A stretch of DNA of 62,717 bases from contig ML002236.1 in the NCBI GenBank assembly GCA_003614675.1, forward strand, positions 1 through 62,717, read 5' to 3'. Made by a program: the position numbers and the translations under genes. The notes under the pieces were generated by a model. That model had not been told where the DNA came from. It made no database searches and saw nothing but the letters and a program-made list of their open reading frames with translations. The stretch's first letter is position 1; each line of letters starts with the position of its first letter. Of this stretch, positions 1-12,480 are shown piece after piece. This DNA is from Dimargaris cristalligena (Eukaryota).

Positions 1-1731
1 GGATTTGGGGCCTTCCTTGACCAGCAGCAGGAGCAGAAAAGTCAGGCAGAGGAACACAGTCATGAAGACTCCGCTCACGGCCGTGAAGTTTTCACTCCCG
101 TCTTTAGTCCGGAAGCGTTCGGCGAGGGCGGCTTCGATTTGGGCGGTGGCACCTGTGATAAGATTGGCCAGTTGGGTGGTGAACCCCATGAACAGGGCAC
201 GGTTACGGGAGGGTCCCACTTCGTGGAGAAACACGGCCAATACACCGTTGAAACCCCCGATGAAGATGGTGATAAACACGGCACCTAAAATGATCTGGTA
301 GTGGAGAGGGGCGAACACGAAGAGGGGGACGAAAGCGAGGGCGAGCGCAATGGAACCCAGCATGACCCGCTTGCGGCCGAGGAATTGGGAGAGGTAGCCC
401 GAGGTCGTGGACCCAATCATCGTGCCCAAGTCGCGGCTAATGAGAGCTACGGTTATGAGGGACACGGGGAGTTTAAGTTGGACTTGAATGATGGTAGGGA
501 ATAGATCCTAGTACATTTCGATACGAACGGTTACAGGCGAGGGTGGTGGGGGTAGAGTATTAGGTTAGATAGACAAAACTTATATAGGGGTACCAAAGTA
601 AGGGTCGGGGATAGGGGCCAGTCTACAACGGTATGCTACACAGCGGAGCCCATCGCCTTTCCGAATATCCCGGGAACACGAGCTTAGTGGGCACTAAATA
701 ATACGGCCCGGATTTCTCAAACTTACGGTCAGACTCCGGTTGACAAACTGCAGGGAGGAGATGAGCAGCAGCATGTGTATGACGGTCCGCTTATATTGCT
801 TCACATCGGCAAAAAGAAGGGAAGCATAGCCACTGGGGGTCTCCGGCGTCCCTTCGCCGGGGTTTAGAACCAACGTGCCCTTCTCGGTCGCCGATTCCAG
901 CTGTTCCAATTGCCGTGCCTGAGCTTCAGCCCGGGCCCGCAACCATTCGGGACTTTCGGGTACCCAAAACCGGAGCAAGATAATGAAGACGGCGGGGGCC
1001 ACACTGATCCAATATAGGGGTCGCCAGCCGATGCGGGGGAACACCAGGAGATGGAGAAGGGCGGCCATGATATTACCAAACGGGGAGGCCTGGTGCAAGA
1101 TACCCGAGAACAGCCCGTGGCAGGCGGGTGGGAGACTTTCCATGGTCATGGCGGCGCTGAGGGCCCATTCGCCGCCCATGGCGATGCCAAAGATACTCCG
1201 GAGGAAGGCGAACACGGCGAAATTAGGGGCGAACCCCGAACATAAACTGATGAGGGCACAGATGGTAACATTGGCGATTAGGGGCCACCGCCGGCCGTAG
1301 CGGTCGGCTAATACCCCGAACAGGATGGCCCCCACCGGACGCATGGCCAAGGTGACGGTCGTAGCAACGGCCATTTGGGAAATACTGATGCCGAAAGTGG
1401 CCGCGACTTCGCTGAGTGAGATGGAGGCGATGTAGAAATCCATGGCTTCTAAAGCCCAGCCTAGGAACATGGCCATAAACACCAGGTGCTGCCGGGGCGT
1501 CATTAACCTGAGGAGTGCCCAGGCGTTCTTGCCATCGGGATTCTCCCCGGCGGCGGCCTGGGAGTCTTTGGCCGTGGCCGTCATCACTGATAGGTCGGAG
1601 GCGGGTGAGAGCGGGGAACGGTTCATATTGACATGTTGGCTGGTCGGGTCCTCGACGGTGTAGGCTTGTAAATCCAGGAGCCGGGACTCCTTCTTGTCGG
1701 AATCGGCGGGGGTAGGTTTACCCGCTTCCAT
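1..1731 (-). CDS. JEN1: Jen1/sialate:H+ symporter-family carboxylate transporter (MFS); 3' end runs off the window. Exons 1731-727 and 507-<1
   Basis: MFS motifs: LRxxG-like MRPVGAILFGVLADRYGRRWP, FGIAMGGEW and ESLP..RGLFSG-like. Intron 726-508 has GTAAGT, CTAAC and TAG, and joins RSLT|DLFPT in phase 0. Exon 2 is open with further TM helices (SQFLGRKR). Confidence 0.85.
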
Positions 1732-4570
1732 GATGATTTACGAGGGAGACTGGCAATCAATCAAGAAAATCAAAGGCAAGGTGTGGGTGTGGGTGTGGTG
1801 GTGGCAGTACAAGTGAACGAGACCGGAATCATAAAACCAAACACGGAGTGATGGGCTAAAAAGATATTACCGCTAAGATCACTGTTGACCATATCAGTGA
1901 TTACAGGTGCGCTTCGATCAGGCTGAGACAAAACCCAGCAAAAATGAATGGTTAAAGCCAAGCCCCCTAGCGGTCTTGCAGTGCTTTAAAGGGAATAGGA
2001 CAGGACAAGGTTCGAGACTTAGGCCGGTGATCCCGATGGATACGACTCACTCTCGGATAAATGGGCAATGATGTAGGCTACCTCATTCCTGGTTCCCGAT
2101 TTCGTATTTTATATCATCGGCCCGTCCCTTTTTCCATATGACGGGTGCCCCCTTTTTCTCCCTAAAGATTGGGCTTGCCATTGAGTCCATGTGTACGGTT
2201 TTCCGAAAGCGGAGGGAGTCAGTAGTCCCTCACCCCCTCCCTCCTCCCCTTGGCGACTGCTTGTCGCACTCTCCTGCGGCCAGGCCATCTCCCCTTTCCC
2301 CATATCCCAAGATGATGGAATGTCCATCTCAGGAGAGAGAATCCCACCCCGTCCTCCTCCCAATTGCCCGAATGAATAAGAGGAGGCCGTAGCCCCGCCT
2401 TGGCGTGTACTGTTTAGCCCGGGAGAATGGCCGCTTCTTCAACAACGGAAGTCACCTCCTCCTCCACTGGGCGAAGTCCTCCGATCGAAGTGAATGCTAG
2501 CTGGCTTGACTGGGAATACATTTTTATACGGACCGGTGGCGGACTTTTTTGCATGGCGCCGTTCTTCGGGAGGGAACAGGGGAAAGCGAATTCCTCCCAC
2601 CTGGATACCACGGCTAATTGACGCCTGCTGACCCCGCGCTCTTTATGAAATGGGTGGACTCAAGGACCAAAGATGGCCTAATCCCCTGGCATGGCCCCCA
2701 GTATATTTGCATGGCCCGCTAAACCGCACGTATGACCAGAGTCCCACTCGCAACGGGGCCTTTCGAAATGGTGTCTTTAGTATAGGTTTCTCATACATGA
2801 CAACTAATTATTATTATTTTGAGGTTAAAGGGCCCCTACTACTATCCTAGTTAGGATGTGGTTCAAAAATTAAATTCAGCCTTTTCTCTCCCCTCCCCCT
2901 GATCTGCAGCAACCTGCACTATTTCGCCAATTTTTTCAATGACTCTGACTAGCATTCCCTATTTGGCTATTGGCGAGGGATGCGATTTCATTTGACAGTA
3001 ATTTACAACCCCCCCCCTTCAGCCTCAATCCCCCCCTTCTCCCATCAATCAAATCCGGCTATTCCCATTCACTCCCTATTTTAGGCAACCAACCAATTTT
3101 GCTCAATACTGGTGATTTTTCGGATTGACCAATACCCCTTTCCAATATTTGGTCGAGAATAATGCTTTGCTCTACAGCCTTTTGGAAACCCGGAGACGTG
3201 GAATTCGTGCATGGCGGTGGACATGACTATTCAATGAATGGAACACATTCTGCCCAGCGATAAGGAGTCAAGTCTATTCACTGCGTGTGAGTTGGGCATA
3301 AACGGTGGTGATAAATAGTATTATTTATTTATTTATGGTTAACAATAAAACGAATACGCCCAAAACATTAGCTGACCGGCAAGTAGGCGAGGGGACCGCC
3401 ACCAACCGCTAATATGGAAGTAGTACCCTATCCATTGGCACTCTCATTTGGGGGTCATGCTGTAGACAGCGTGCTATCTGACTACACCCTGATACGGCTA
3501 TTTTTAGATGAACCAACGGTTGATTCTTCATCCCAACCCCTGATACATCTGCAAGGGGTACTTTAAACATCGCCCAACAACCCCAACACAACCACGAAAA
3601 GTACTCGTGTCAAGCTAGCTGCACATGCTGAAAGGGCATGGCCAAATCAAGCCAATCCAGCACGACAGTCCGAAAAGGGTCGGCATGTACGGTCGACCCC
3701 CTTGCGGTAATGATACTTTGTACCACAGAAGGTGGTTAGCAGAACGCATTGGCGATAAGGCTACATGATTTTTTTGCCACTTCACTTTGATAGATGGGGT
3801 GCCAAGATTGACCAGTATATATAAAAACCTATATTCAATGGAATTCGGGTTCAGTAGATAAATACATGTAAATTTGGGTATTGTAATGTATATATATAAT
3901 ATAAAAAGGTGTAGCCTCGAGTGGCGAAAGGGCAGTGTTGAACAAAAAAATCCACCCAGACTCCAAAAGTAAGGGGTGCGATACAGCAGGGGGAGAGGAG
4001 ATTCATGAATGAGGATGGTCGGTTCATAATTGCTATACGGCTGTAAAATGGCAATAACATAAAATAACGATAAAAATAGGCCAAGTAAATGTAAAAAGGT
4101 ATGTAACAATCAGACGTCCTAGACAAGACTGGATGAAAGGAGGAGTAGAGCCAACTATAATGGTGAATAGTCAGGGGGAAATCATAACTGATCCACGAAA
4201 AATAAATGAAGATTACGGGAAGTAAAAGGGCGTGGCAGCCGTATCATTAGAAATGGAACAAGGCAAGGCCAGACGCCTACAGCTAAGGGGGGCCATATGG
4301 GCAATTATGGGTTCGGAAATTCAAACATGCAAAAACTAACGGAATATATGGATCATTCAAGACAATCATTGTCTCTAGATAGAGAGGCCCACTAAACGAC
4401 AGCTAATCAATAGTGAAACTACATAAGAAGCAAATAAGTAGAGAACTAGGTGAGGGGGAGTATGTAATACATGGCATTTCGATGGTCCCGTTTTAGATCA
4501 TCGAGTAAAGAGAATTAGAGTATGGGGGAAGAGTGGAGCGAAAGATGGCCGGCCACTTACTAAGGTCCGC

Positions 4571-5654
4571 TTAGGCTACAATTAGAGCTTGGATAACCTT
4601 GGCGGTCTTGAGCTGGTCATCCGAAAGGGGTGCAATCGACTCTTCAACGGGTTTCCCCAGATGGAAGAAACGCACTTTCGTGGTAACGGCATCGAGTCGC
4701 TCCTGTTGGCATACGTAGGCCTTGACCATGGCCATGGTATCGCTGGGCAGTAGCGGGACTTTAACATCCTTCCCTGTGCTAAGGCGAATAATGATGGATT
4801 TGCGTGCTAGAGGCACGGTAGAGCCCAACTGGGATGGGTTACGGGGGGAAGAGGCCTGGGGCAGCTTCTCCCCCAATGATCCCGACGGGGGGCTTAGGGC
4901 GGGTAATGCACGAGCACTTTGGGCGTCGAAGGATCCCGTTGGGGGATTCTGGGACGATGTAGTAGATGTAATAGGAGTAGGAGATGTGGTATATATAGGG
5001 TGGTGAATAATGGGGGCCGTTTTCCAAAAGGCTTTAAAGTGGTGGCCCATTCCATCTTCTAGTGGCGTGGAAGATACGGAAAAAGAAATAAAGAACATTA
5101 CTACTAACCTTGACCGACTGGCTCTCGGCCGGCGACAGGGTATGGTTGTCATAGGTGGACGCCTCGTCAACGAGGTTAGACGGGTCCTGGATACAGTACA
5201 CCGGAATAACATACCGGTTGCCCAGAATATCGTAACAACCATCGGATAGACGACCGGTGGGTACGGAAATCTGGGCCGAATCCACGATGGCCTGGGCCAG
5301 TGCACTAGTGTCGGCCGAGCAGACGAGCTGGAGGGCCTGCCAGATTTCGGGGCGGCCCTCGTAGGTGGGGGCCGTATCCCAGAAGGCGGTTCGTTCACGC
5401 TCCAAGGTTGCCCGGGTTAGGCGGGGCAGCTCGGACTTCCAAGTATAGAGTCGCTTCGCTACGAGGGGGCGGTTCCCGTCCTGGGCCAGCGTTTGGGTCG
5501 GCTGGGCATTGGGGTCGGGGGCAGGAAAACCGAGGGACGCGGGGATTAGACTGGGCGAAGACCTGGCACCGGGGGCAACTCGGGCCGTGTCCATGTGGTG
5601 CCCATGGCTCGTAGCCTGCTGCGACTCTTCAGGAATGGATAGACAGCCGCCCAT
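4571..5654 (-). CDS. Ubiquitin domain-containing protein (UBTD1/2, DC-UbP family). Exons 5654-5109 and 4948-4571
   Basis: Starts MGGC (myristoylation/palmitoylation-type). DC-UbP signature LERERTAFWDTAPTYEGRPEIWQAL...CYDILGNRYVIPVYC. C-terminal ubiquitin-like domain (IRLSTGKDV..VRFFHLGK). The GTTAGT...CAG intron joins two ORF-track frames in phase 0. Confidence 0.88.
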
Positions 5655-7094
5655 GTTGAAGTTATATATAAATATATGTATATATATGTGGGGGGGTAGT
5701 AGGGTGGAGGGGGTATAGCAAGACAGGGCTAGGCAAACCGCTGGTAGGGAGGGAGGAAAGGCGAGGTGGTAGCTGGGCTTGTAAGAGGAGGAGGAGGAGG
5801 ACAACGGGAAGGCGTCAGTCTGAGTCAACAATACGCAAGCAATAAAGAAGGCAAGGTATAAAATGGGTCAAGTGCCCCACTACTCTAAATACTGGCCAGG
5901 TGCAGAAAATAAACGCAACGGAAAGGGTGACAACGGAACGAATGCACGCGACAGGGAAGAAGGGTGGGTGGGTGGTGGTGGTCCAAGCACTTGGAAATCA
6001 GGGTTGGAGAGCAAGGTAAAAACGGTCGGATTGTGGTGCTTCGCAAACGGCCAGAGCAGGCGAGTGAATAATGAACACGAGGCGAACCAAGTGAACCGCA
6101 AGGAAGGAATTCGGTGTTGTACAATATAGTGTAAGCAGCGTATAGATGAGCCGAAGGACATATACGGTCACCAAAAAACTAACCCTTCGAATAAAAGAAT
6201 AGAATAGGTTCTCCCTTTTACAACCCCCCATTCCCCTTTTCTTATCCACCCATTACAGCCAGGTTATTGGAACCGCACAGTACTGTATAAGGCTCGTAGG
6301 GAGCCACTACTACCACTACTTGTCGCCGAAGCCTCTCCCCATCATCCCTCCGGTTATATAGACTAGACGAAATTTGACGGGAGGCAACCCGGTGTGGAGA
6401 GCCAGTATTATTGGGTCTTCTTCCACCTCGGATTAATTCCCTACACCCCCCCATTCCCCAACATGCAATTGCCTCAGCAAGATCAGCGATAATTATTCAT
6501 AACCCCCAGTCGCTAATGTCAGATATATACACTCGACGAGCCTCCGCGGATTGTCACTCCCCTGTCGTATGCTTCAGAACGACTAATTCCCTTTGGACTG
6601 TAAATGTGTCTAGAGTTCTAATTGCTTCATCTTAGCTCCAACATTGCTGAAAGCAGGTGGCTGCTACTCCCCCCTCCTCTATTATTGGTTCACCCGAGCC
6701 TATGCAACCACAATAATAGTAAAGATCACTTTACTACACTTACCCATTTCAAAAAGAGGGGCAGGATCAGCTGGTCTAATTACACATCCATGACCACAGC
6801 CAGAGTGACCTGGTCATCATCTCCTAATGGGGGTTTACATGGGGGAGTTGCATCTCAATTATCCCTCCATTTCACACCCAAATTCCTTCCAGCCTAAAAA
6901 GCCACCTTTCGGAAGAGCCGTGGTTCGTATAAAACGACCTTATTCTGACTTTATTAGATGGTAAAAATATTCTATAGGGCTGCTATAAATTAGGATCCCC
7001 CAATTCAACAAACAGTGGGTGGTGTGTCATGAGGTGAAGTACCGCTTCCACTTCAACTCAGCGGATACATTCTTCACTACTAACAACATCCCTC

Positions 7095-9328
7095 TCATTG
7101 CTGTTTGCATTCAGGCGCCCGCTGCTGGCTACGGGGCTAGACCACAACACAGATGCACCGAAGGTATTCAAAAAACAAACAAACATAGAGTATAAATATC
7201 AAATCGATTAGACCAGGTGGGGCAGCGGGTGTATTTATTTGGGCATTGGCATTTGGAATAGTGCAATGGCACCACAATATGGCGCCCACCAACTCAAATC
7301 ATATTGATAAAAAGGGGGGAAGCAATGATGGAAGAATAGGGGAAAGGAGAAGTCTAGCCATGCATCCGAGAATCGCCACCCAGACGGGTAAGGATTATCA
7401 TCATGATAGCTGGGTTATGTAGCACATGGAGAGCGGGGGGAAGAAAAAGGGTGGGGAGGAATTAGAAAAATACAGTGACTGGATTCTACACAGCGGCAAA
7501 AACAGTGGTCAGTGTAATCAAAGGAATGGTAAAATAGGGGGTAAATGGCCAGAGCCAGTCAGTAAAGTGGTGGGGAGGGTAGTTCCCCCCACCGACTTCC
7601 ACAACTGACAAGGGCCAATTATAAAGGAATGTAATTGGAAAATGCACAGGATGGGTATAGGAAAAAAGGGGGGAGAAAGTAGAAGGTTGGGGTTATGGTA
7701 TAGGAAATGAAAAGGGCCACATGGGTGGGGGGGTTGCTTTGCAATGATCAGAGGGGAATCCAACGGGAATATACGACTAAACAAGACGCCCGCGGGGAGA
7801 CGAAAGGACTTAAAAAGCACACTACTCTAAATGGGAACAGTTTACTGTGAGCCAGAAAATGGGAATATGCATTGAAACAAAGTGGGAGGAGGGGGGTAAA
7901 AAGGGGAATATAATTAGATCTACGATAAAAGAGAGGGTCTAACCTAAAAATTGGAATCTAAATCTAAAATCGAAAGCGGGTAAAGTAGAATTCCCTCGGA
8001 TTCGCACCCCATCTAGAATCCACACTCCCATGGATATCTCAACATTGAGCTAGATCAACCTACTAGACAGCACCACTTACCTCGTCATCATCATCATCGT
8101 CGCTCTCTTCGCCGTAGAAGTCCTCACCATCTTCCTCGAAGTCGTCGTAGTTCAGACCTTCGTATTCGAGGGCCTTTCCGGTGAACCAGTCAACGGCGTG
8201 GGGGATGATCTTTTCCTTGAACTCTTCGCCGATTTCGTAGTCGGCCTCAATCTGGTCCTGGAGCAGGTCAAGCTCATCTTCTTCCTCGGGCGCCTCGGGG
8301 ATGGCGATGGTATCGAAGAAACCAAAGAAGGATTCGGTGGGGATGTTCTTCTTGACTACCCGGGTCTCGTTGGTGCTCTTGTTGCGCTGCTTGCGGGATT
8401 CGACGGCCATGGTCAGGTCCTTGCCTTCGTTCCAGTTGATGGAGTCACCCTCGGCGTGGTCGAAGACGATGTCGCCGATGCTGGGGTTGGTCTGGTAGAA
8501 GTAGGTCTTGGTCAGCTTGGTGTTGGTGAAGAATTCGTTGGGGGCAAAGGTGAATACCAGGCGGAAGGCGTGCTCGTCCTCCAGGTATTCCAAAGTAATG
8601 TCGGTCAGGTGCTTGAGGGCCTCCTGATCACGGTCGGAGATGAGTTCATCGATCTGGCCATGGTTCTTCATGCAAGTAAGCCAGAACTCGGGGACACCGG
8701 TCACGGGGGAGTCGGCATCATCGGTCTTGGCGGCGGGCTCCTCCTCGGCTTCATCGTCAGAGTCGGCGTCGACCTTCTTACCGGCCTCGACCTCGGCATC
8801 AGTGGGCTCCAGGGAACCGTTGACCACCTGGGAGCGCTTCTCGTACAGGGGCTTGTACAGACCGAGGTACTTCTTCTCGAGGGCGAAGATCTCCTTGTGG
8901 AACTCGGTCTCGAGCTTGGCGTGCTCGGACTGGTAGCACTTGAGGCCATCCAGACGGCGCTGGACGGAGGCAGGCAGGGACTCGATGTAGCCAGTGGGGG
9001 CACCAATCAGAGAACCGAGCTTGCCCTGAAGGTCAGAGACGAGCTGGGCGTTGGGGGTGAAGGAACCGGCCATTGTGGTGGAAGTGTGTTGACGGTTGTG
9101 AATGGGGGCGGTGACGATGGGGGTGTTGTGAGGGGTGGGGGCAATGAAGTCGTCCTTTTTGTCTTGGCTCTTGATGTTGACGCCTGGGAAGGGGGGGAGT
9201 AATAGTAGTAGATGGAGGAGGTTGGGAAGGATCAGTAAACGAAGGGGAGTAATGGGGGTGGGTCGAAGAGGGAGAGAGGGGTCGGGGTATTGTGGACTAA
9301 GCTTACCTTGTGGGCTAGTCCGTTCCAT
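7095..9328 (-). CDS. NAP1: Nucleosome assembly protein 1. Exons 9328-9307, 9183-8081 and 7136-7095; probable 5'-UTR intron 9506-9399
   Basis: APTPHNTP N-terminus, YIESLP, GVPEFWL, FAPNEFFTN..LTKTY, SFFGFF, DYEIGEEFKEKIIPHAVDWFTGKAL and an acidic tail. The small last exon encodes PRSQQRAPECKQQ*, the typical NAP1 CaaX-like end. Confidence 0.95.
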
Positions 9329-11445
9329 ATGGGGGATGTGGGGGAGATAAGGTAAAAGAGGAGAGAGGGTGTCGGGGCAAGCAGTACGCCGAGCGGTGCT
9401 AAGGGGATATATAAATAATAAGGATAGAAGTGAGTGAGAGGAAAGCAAGAGTGGTGGAGACAGTGGTAGGAGAGAAGAAAAAAAAGGGGGAAGCTTGTCA
9501 ACATACAGTGAGGGTGACTAAAGCGAGAGGTGTAGAGAGGAGAGGAGAGGAGAGGAGAGCAGGCAGAGAGAGAAGCAGGGAGAGAAGGGCTGCCGCTCGA
9601 GGAAGAAAAAAGAGAGTAGATAGTAGTGGCGATGATAGGTGGGGGAATGGTGGTGTGTGTGTATGTGTGTGTGGGTGGGTTGGGTGGTGTGTATGCAGAT
9701 TTTTTCGGCCAGAGAGAGAGAGAGAGGGAGGGAATGTGAGAGAGTGTGCCAATGTGAGACGAATAGGGAAAAAATAGGAGAAGGCCCCCAGTGATTGGCT
9801 AGCGTCCCCCACCAGGCCGGTCGGTCAGAGAGGACTGGCAGTTGCACCAACTAGGGCCGGGTTGTTCGACTGGCCAGGCCACTAGAAGACCGCCTCCCGT
9901 AGGTGTAACGGCCACCACAGGGAGTAGAGTGACTGGTATCATCTCCCCGCCGAACCACCAGTTATCTCAAGGATGGCCGTTTTGATGCACCCACCGGTGG
10001 CTATCTTTCGAGCCTAGCTTTGGCCGAAGAGGCCTGGGTCGAGCACTGGAAAAATCGGATACGTTGTTGAAACTCACCCATATCCATAATACCCACACAT
10101 CCTCACACGCAGAATCAGGCCATTCATCGCTAAGAAGACTTACCTACCGATTAGGCCAGCTGGCCAATTGTCAGCCTCTTTGGCTCTTTGCAAGCCACTG
10201 CACTGCCGGGGTGGATCCCACATGCCCACTGTAGTGGACGAACACTCAATAAAATATCCCTATTTATTTATATAAAAAGCGAAAAAAAAATGCGGAGAAG
10301 AAATGCACCAAGTGGATGAAACCCCCGCACCGTCTATTTACCGTTTCTTTCCAAGGAAAACGGATGCTACCGCATACATGGTTCAGAACCAACGGCCAGA
10401 GTAGCATAGAGGGACGGCCTATTTACCCGACAACCATGTATGCGCTCATCTATCTATGCATGCATGCATGCATATAGGGAAGGGTAAACATATAAAAGCG
10501 ACTAACACGGGTCCTTAATGGTATGTGCGTAATTCCTGGGCCGCTCCCTCCATTAATCGCTACGACATAGCCTTTGGCCTTTCGCGCACCCCTTCCATTG
10601 CTTTCTTTGACTATGGTTAGCTGACCAGTCAATCTCACCTCACCTACGCTGCATCCATTGAATAGTTAGTTATAGGCGCATATTGGCTCCCTCCTGTAAG
10701 GGTATACTCGTAGGTCACCCAAAAATCGCCACCCCCCAAAAGAAAGGATGAGAAAAGCGACAATCCCTTCCCGGATGAAACGAACGGGGGGCATATAGCA
10801 GGTAATTTAGGTGGAAGTGGGGGCTAAAAGGGGCGCATTGGACTTGGAGCGGCAAGAGGCACGAATAGACAGCAGCGGGGGCGGGTTTTATAATCGATCA
10901 ATGTGATGGCTGGCTAAGCAGTTTACAGAAGACTGTCCAGTCAGTAAGTCTCTCTAAATATACTATAATCAGCATAAGTGGTGGGATATTACAAAATAGT
11001 TCAGATAATATAGAATGGTTGGCCCGTTGGAGCCAAGCCAATTTATTCCCTCGCGCAGTACGGCTGTTCTTGCTGGTTCTCCATTGCTTCACGCATTCAT
11101 CCTTTGCTCAGAGAAGGGTATCCTTCCTTAACCGATTGCTTCTAATCCGATTGTCTCGTCTCATTCTTTGGACCAGTGTTCTCTCCGCTCTTAATTTCTT
11201 TTTTATTTTATACCTTTTCTTTTACCTCTGCCCCGACTTTGTTGTCTAGTTAAAGACAGGTCTTCCTGACACCGTTTTGTTTGGCTTCCTTTTCTTGGTT
11301 CCAATATTTTACCTGCATTACCAGTTCCCAGTCTTCCCTGTCTGTGGCCGTCACTCTGTTCAATTCACACTTATATATATCTTTAGAGCAAGAGGTAGAA
11401 AATCTTTTCACCGGCATCAATTGCACCCCTTCTTCCGCCGCACAC

Positions 11446-12480
11446 ATGGATCCTTCTAATTCTGGCGAACAAGGCCCAGCGGGGAACGACCAGTTTCTCC
11501 CGTTGGCCTTTTTAGAGCACATATACCAGTCCGGTTACTCCGACGAGGCCCTTGAGGACTTCATCCATACCCTTCAAAACAACCGGACCCTAGAAACCGC
11601 CCGCGTTTCCCGCCAAGTTCGACGAAGGGCCCAGGATACACAAGACCGTGCGCCCACCACCGCCGCCCCCCCACGCCGTTCCACTGGCTCAAGCAGTCCC
11701 GAGACCCCGCCGGCTAGCGATTCGGGGGCCACTCGCCCGCGACAAACTTCAGGGTTTCTACCCATCGATCGACTTGACGAACCTCTGAGCCGCCGCACCC
11801 GTGTCGGAGCCGACCGGGTCCCCCGTCGTCCCGCTGACCCCGGTCCAGGCCCTATTATCAGCGACCACGTCCGCTTCCATGGCCAGTTTCTCCCGGACCA
11901 CCCCAAATTCAGTCGGCTCCAGCGCCTGGTTTTTAATATCGACAGCTGTGACGGTGGGGCGGTCCCGGAATACCCCGTGGAAGCCATCCTTCACCCCGAC
12001 AGCCGGGTCTACAGCTCCGAGAAACCCCGCAATATCAACATCTGCCTGCGCTTTAACAAAGACTTGAGCAAGGCCAACAGTTCCGTCTTCACCGTTGGAT
12101 CCATCGCCGCCTATGCCCCCATGTCCTTTTATGATGCGCCATGTGCAGACCTGATGTTCTTTATCGCCTCCACTCGGGTGAGTTTCCGCGAGTTGGGGCG
12201 CTACGATAACTTCACCTACGGAAACTATATGCATTTGATGGACAGGATGAAACGCAACGCCTGGACCCCTAATGAACGGGAGTTGCAGCCCATTGCCTTC
12301 TGCCGCCTCGGGATCGATAATAACTTCACCGTTGAGCAGGACGTAGCCCCCGTATCCGGTTCCTTTATATACGTCAAACTGTTGCGGTCCCATGCCTCAT
12401 CCAAGAAGATCGATTTACAGTATGTCGAAGTCCGCGGCTTCACCGGATCGTGTATATCCTACTCCAGCGAAATTAACTAA
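11446..12480 (+). CDS. Uncharacterised fungal protein: low-complexity N-half plus C-terminal galactose-binding/discoidin-like beta-sandwich
   Basis: 344-codon intronless ORF from the first ATG, with coding-like GC3. IDSCDGG...VEAILHPDSRVYSS...NICLRF...VSGSFIYVKLL...IDLQYVEVRGF recalls a conserved fungal hypothetical family (muskelin-N/discoidin-like fold). The family call is from memory, not a search. Confidence 0.7.
   Translation: MDPSNSGEQGPAGNDQFLPLAFLEHIYQSGYSDEALEDFIHTLQNNRTLETARVSRQVRRRAQDTQDRAPTTAAPPRRSTGSSSPETPPASDSGATRPRQTSGFLPIDRLDEPLSRRTRVGADRVPRRPADPGPGPIISDHVRFHGQFLPDHPKFSRLQRLVFNIDSCDGGAVPEYPVEAILHPDSRVYSSEKPRNINICLRFNKDLSKANSSVFTVGSIAAYAPMSFYDAPCADLMFFIASTRVSFRELGRYDNFTYGNYMHLMDRMKRNAWTPNERELQPIAFCRLGIDNNFTVEQDVAPVSGSFIYVKLLRSHASSKKIDLQYVEVRGFTGSCISYSSEIN

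Noticed and set aside
2005-2030. GGTTCGAGAC resembling a tRNA T-loop
   Set aside because: No acceptor, D or anticodon arms can be folded around it.
3615-4126. Hydrophobic 164-aa and 91-aa minus-strand ORFs
   Set aside because: Non-ATG starts and T-rich low-complexity sequence typical of the UBTD 3' UTR or intergenic DNA.
7340-7410. ATGATGA box-C-like motif on the minus strand in the NAP1 intron
   Set aside because: No downstream CTGA box D or terminal stem at a suitable distance.
8198-9202. 334-aa + strand ORF antisense to NAP1
   Set aside because: Shadow of strong codon bias in a highly expressed gene; no independent protein motifs.
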